A model generated the notes under the pieces. It worked only from the letters and a program-made list of their open reading frames with translations. It was not told the DNA's origin and searched no databases. 61,706 bases of DNA from the NCBI GenBank assembly GCA_001001555.1, contig LCKS01000001.1:18360-80065 (forward strand). The letters are read 5' to 3'. Below are positions 61,496-61,706 of this stretch, piece after piece (within the stretch, counting starts at the first letter, position 1; every line of letters starts with the position of its first letter). A program made the position numbers and the translations under genes. Source of the DNA: Candidatus Amesbacteria bacterium GW2011_GWC2_45_19 (GTDB lineage Bacteria; Patescibacteriota; Microgenomatia; CAZETR01; Amesbacteraceae).

Positions 61496-61706
61496 CCTTC
61501 GAACGTGATTTCGCCCATCACCCGCTCCACTATTTCGTTCTGTTGTGTATTCTTCTGGTTGGCTTATGGGGCATTTTCTGGTTCGACTATCACCGCTTTC
61601 TCCAGCTGGGGATACTGGTCAGCATGGCCGTCTCTTACGTAGTTTGGGGGGTGGTTCACCACGCCCATCATCGGGACTTGCATATCAAAATTGTCTTTGA
61701 ATATTT
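61492..61706 (+). CDS. His-rich membrane protein (partial, runs off the window)
   Basis: ATGA overlap with the CAP gene. MTFERDFAHHPLHYFVLLCILLVGLWGIFWFDYHRFLQLGILVSMAVSYVVWGVVHHAHHRDLHIKIVFEY.. Confidence 0.45.
   Translation, partial: MTFERDFAHHPLHYFVLLCILLVGLWGIFWFDYHRFLQLGILVSMAVSYVVWGVVHHAHHRDLHIKIVFEY

Noticed and set aside
1-61706. Alternative genetic code (UGA reassignment, as in some CPR lineages).
   Set aside because: RF2 is encoded, many well-supported genes end in TGA at the expected length, and conserved proteins translate full length under code 11.

Overview
This is a densely coding 61.7-kb bacterial window using the standard genetic code: RF2 is present and TGA is used as a stop. 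Intergenic spacers are short or overlapping, and many gene pairs share ATGA-type start/stop overlaps. The gene content includes lamin-tail-domain and giant beta-helix/FN3 surface proteins, a four-helix-bundle protein and a sortase, with very little metabolism. From this I infer a small-genome Patescibacteria/CPR-like organism.

Layout:
1. 0.1-15.7 kb: copper/thiol-redox block. It holds DsbA, two CcdA/DsbD-like membrane proteins, a redoxin, CsoR, a decayed second CsoR, two P1B ATPases (CPC and CPD types) and three C-tract/G-tract CsoR-type operators.
2. Housekeeping genes: lon, tRNA-Glu(CUC), greA, lysS, serS, an ABC exporter, secA (fused to a PEBP domain) and rarA.
3. 31.5-36.6 kb: accessory stress/repair genes, an RHH-RelE pair and Fic. 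A HicBA pair lies further on.
4. typA, an ECF-type sigma factor, a TPR membrane protein, an alkA-like gene, nrnA, prfB and ftsE-ftsX-M23 peptidase.
5. 47.6-53.1 kb: surface-protein block.
6. 53.2-60.6 kb: an A+T-rich island bracketed by diverged direct copies of the 5' end of a CAP-domain gene.

The island carries what I consider the most novel content. It has a four-gene polyuronate (alginate/glucuronan-like) module made of a synthase-LysM-C5-epimerase-like fusion, a short sugar-nucleotide dehydrogenase and a PL7 lyase. It also has two FN3 proteins with C-terminal anchors and a sortase.

Several genes show short internal lesions (second csoR, an HD-domain gene, the SecA C-terminus). I saw no rRNA, CRISPR array, transposase or integrase.
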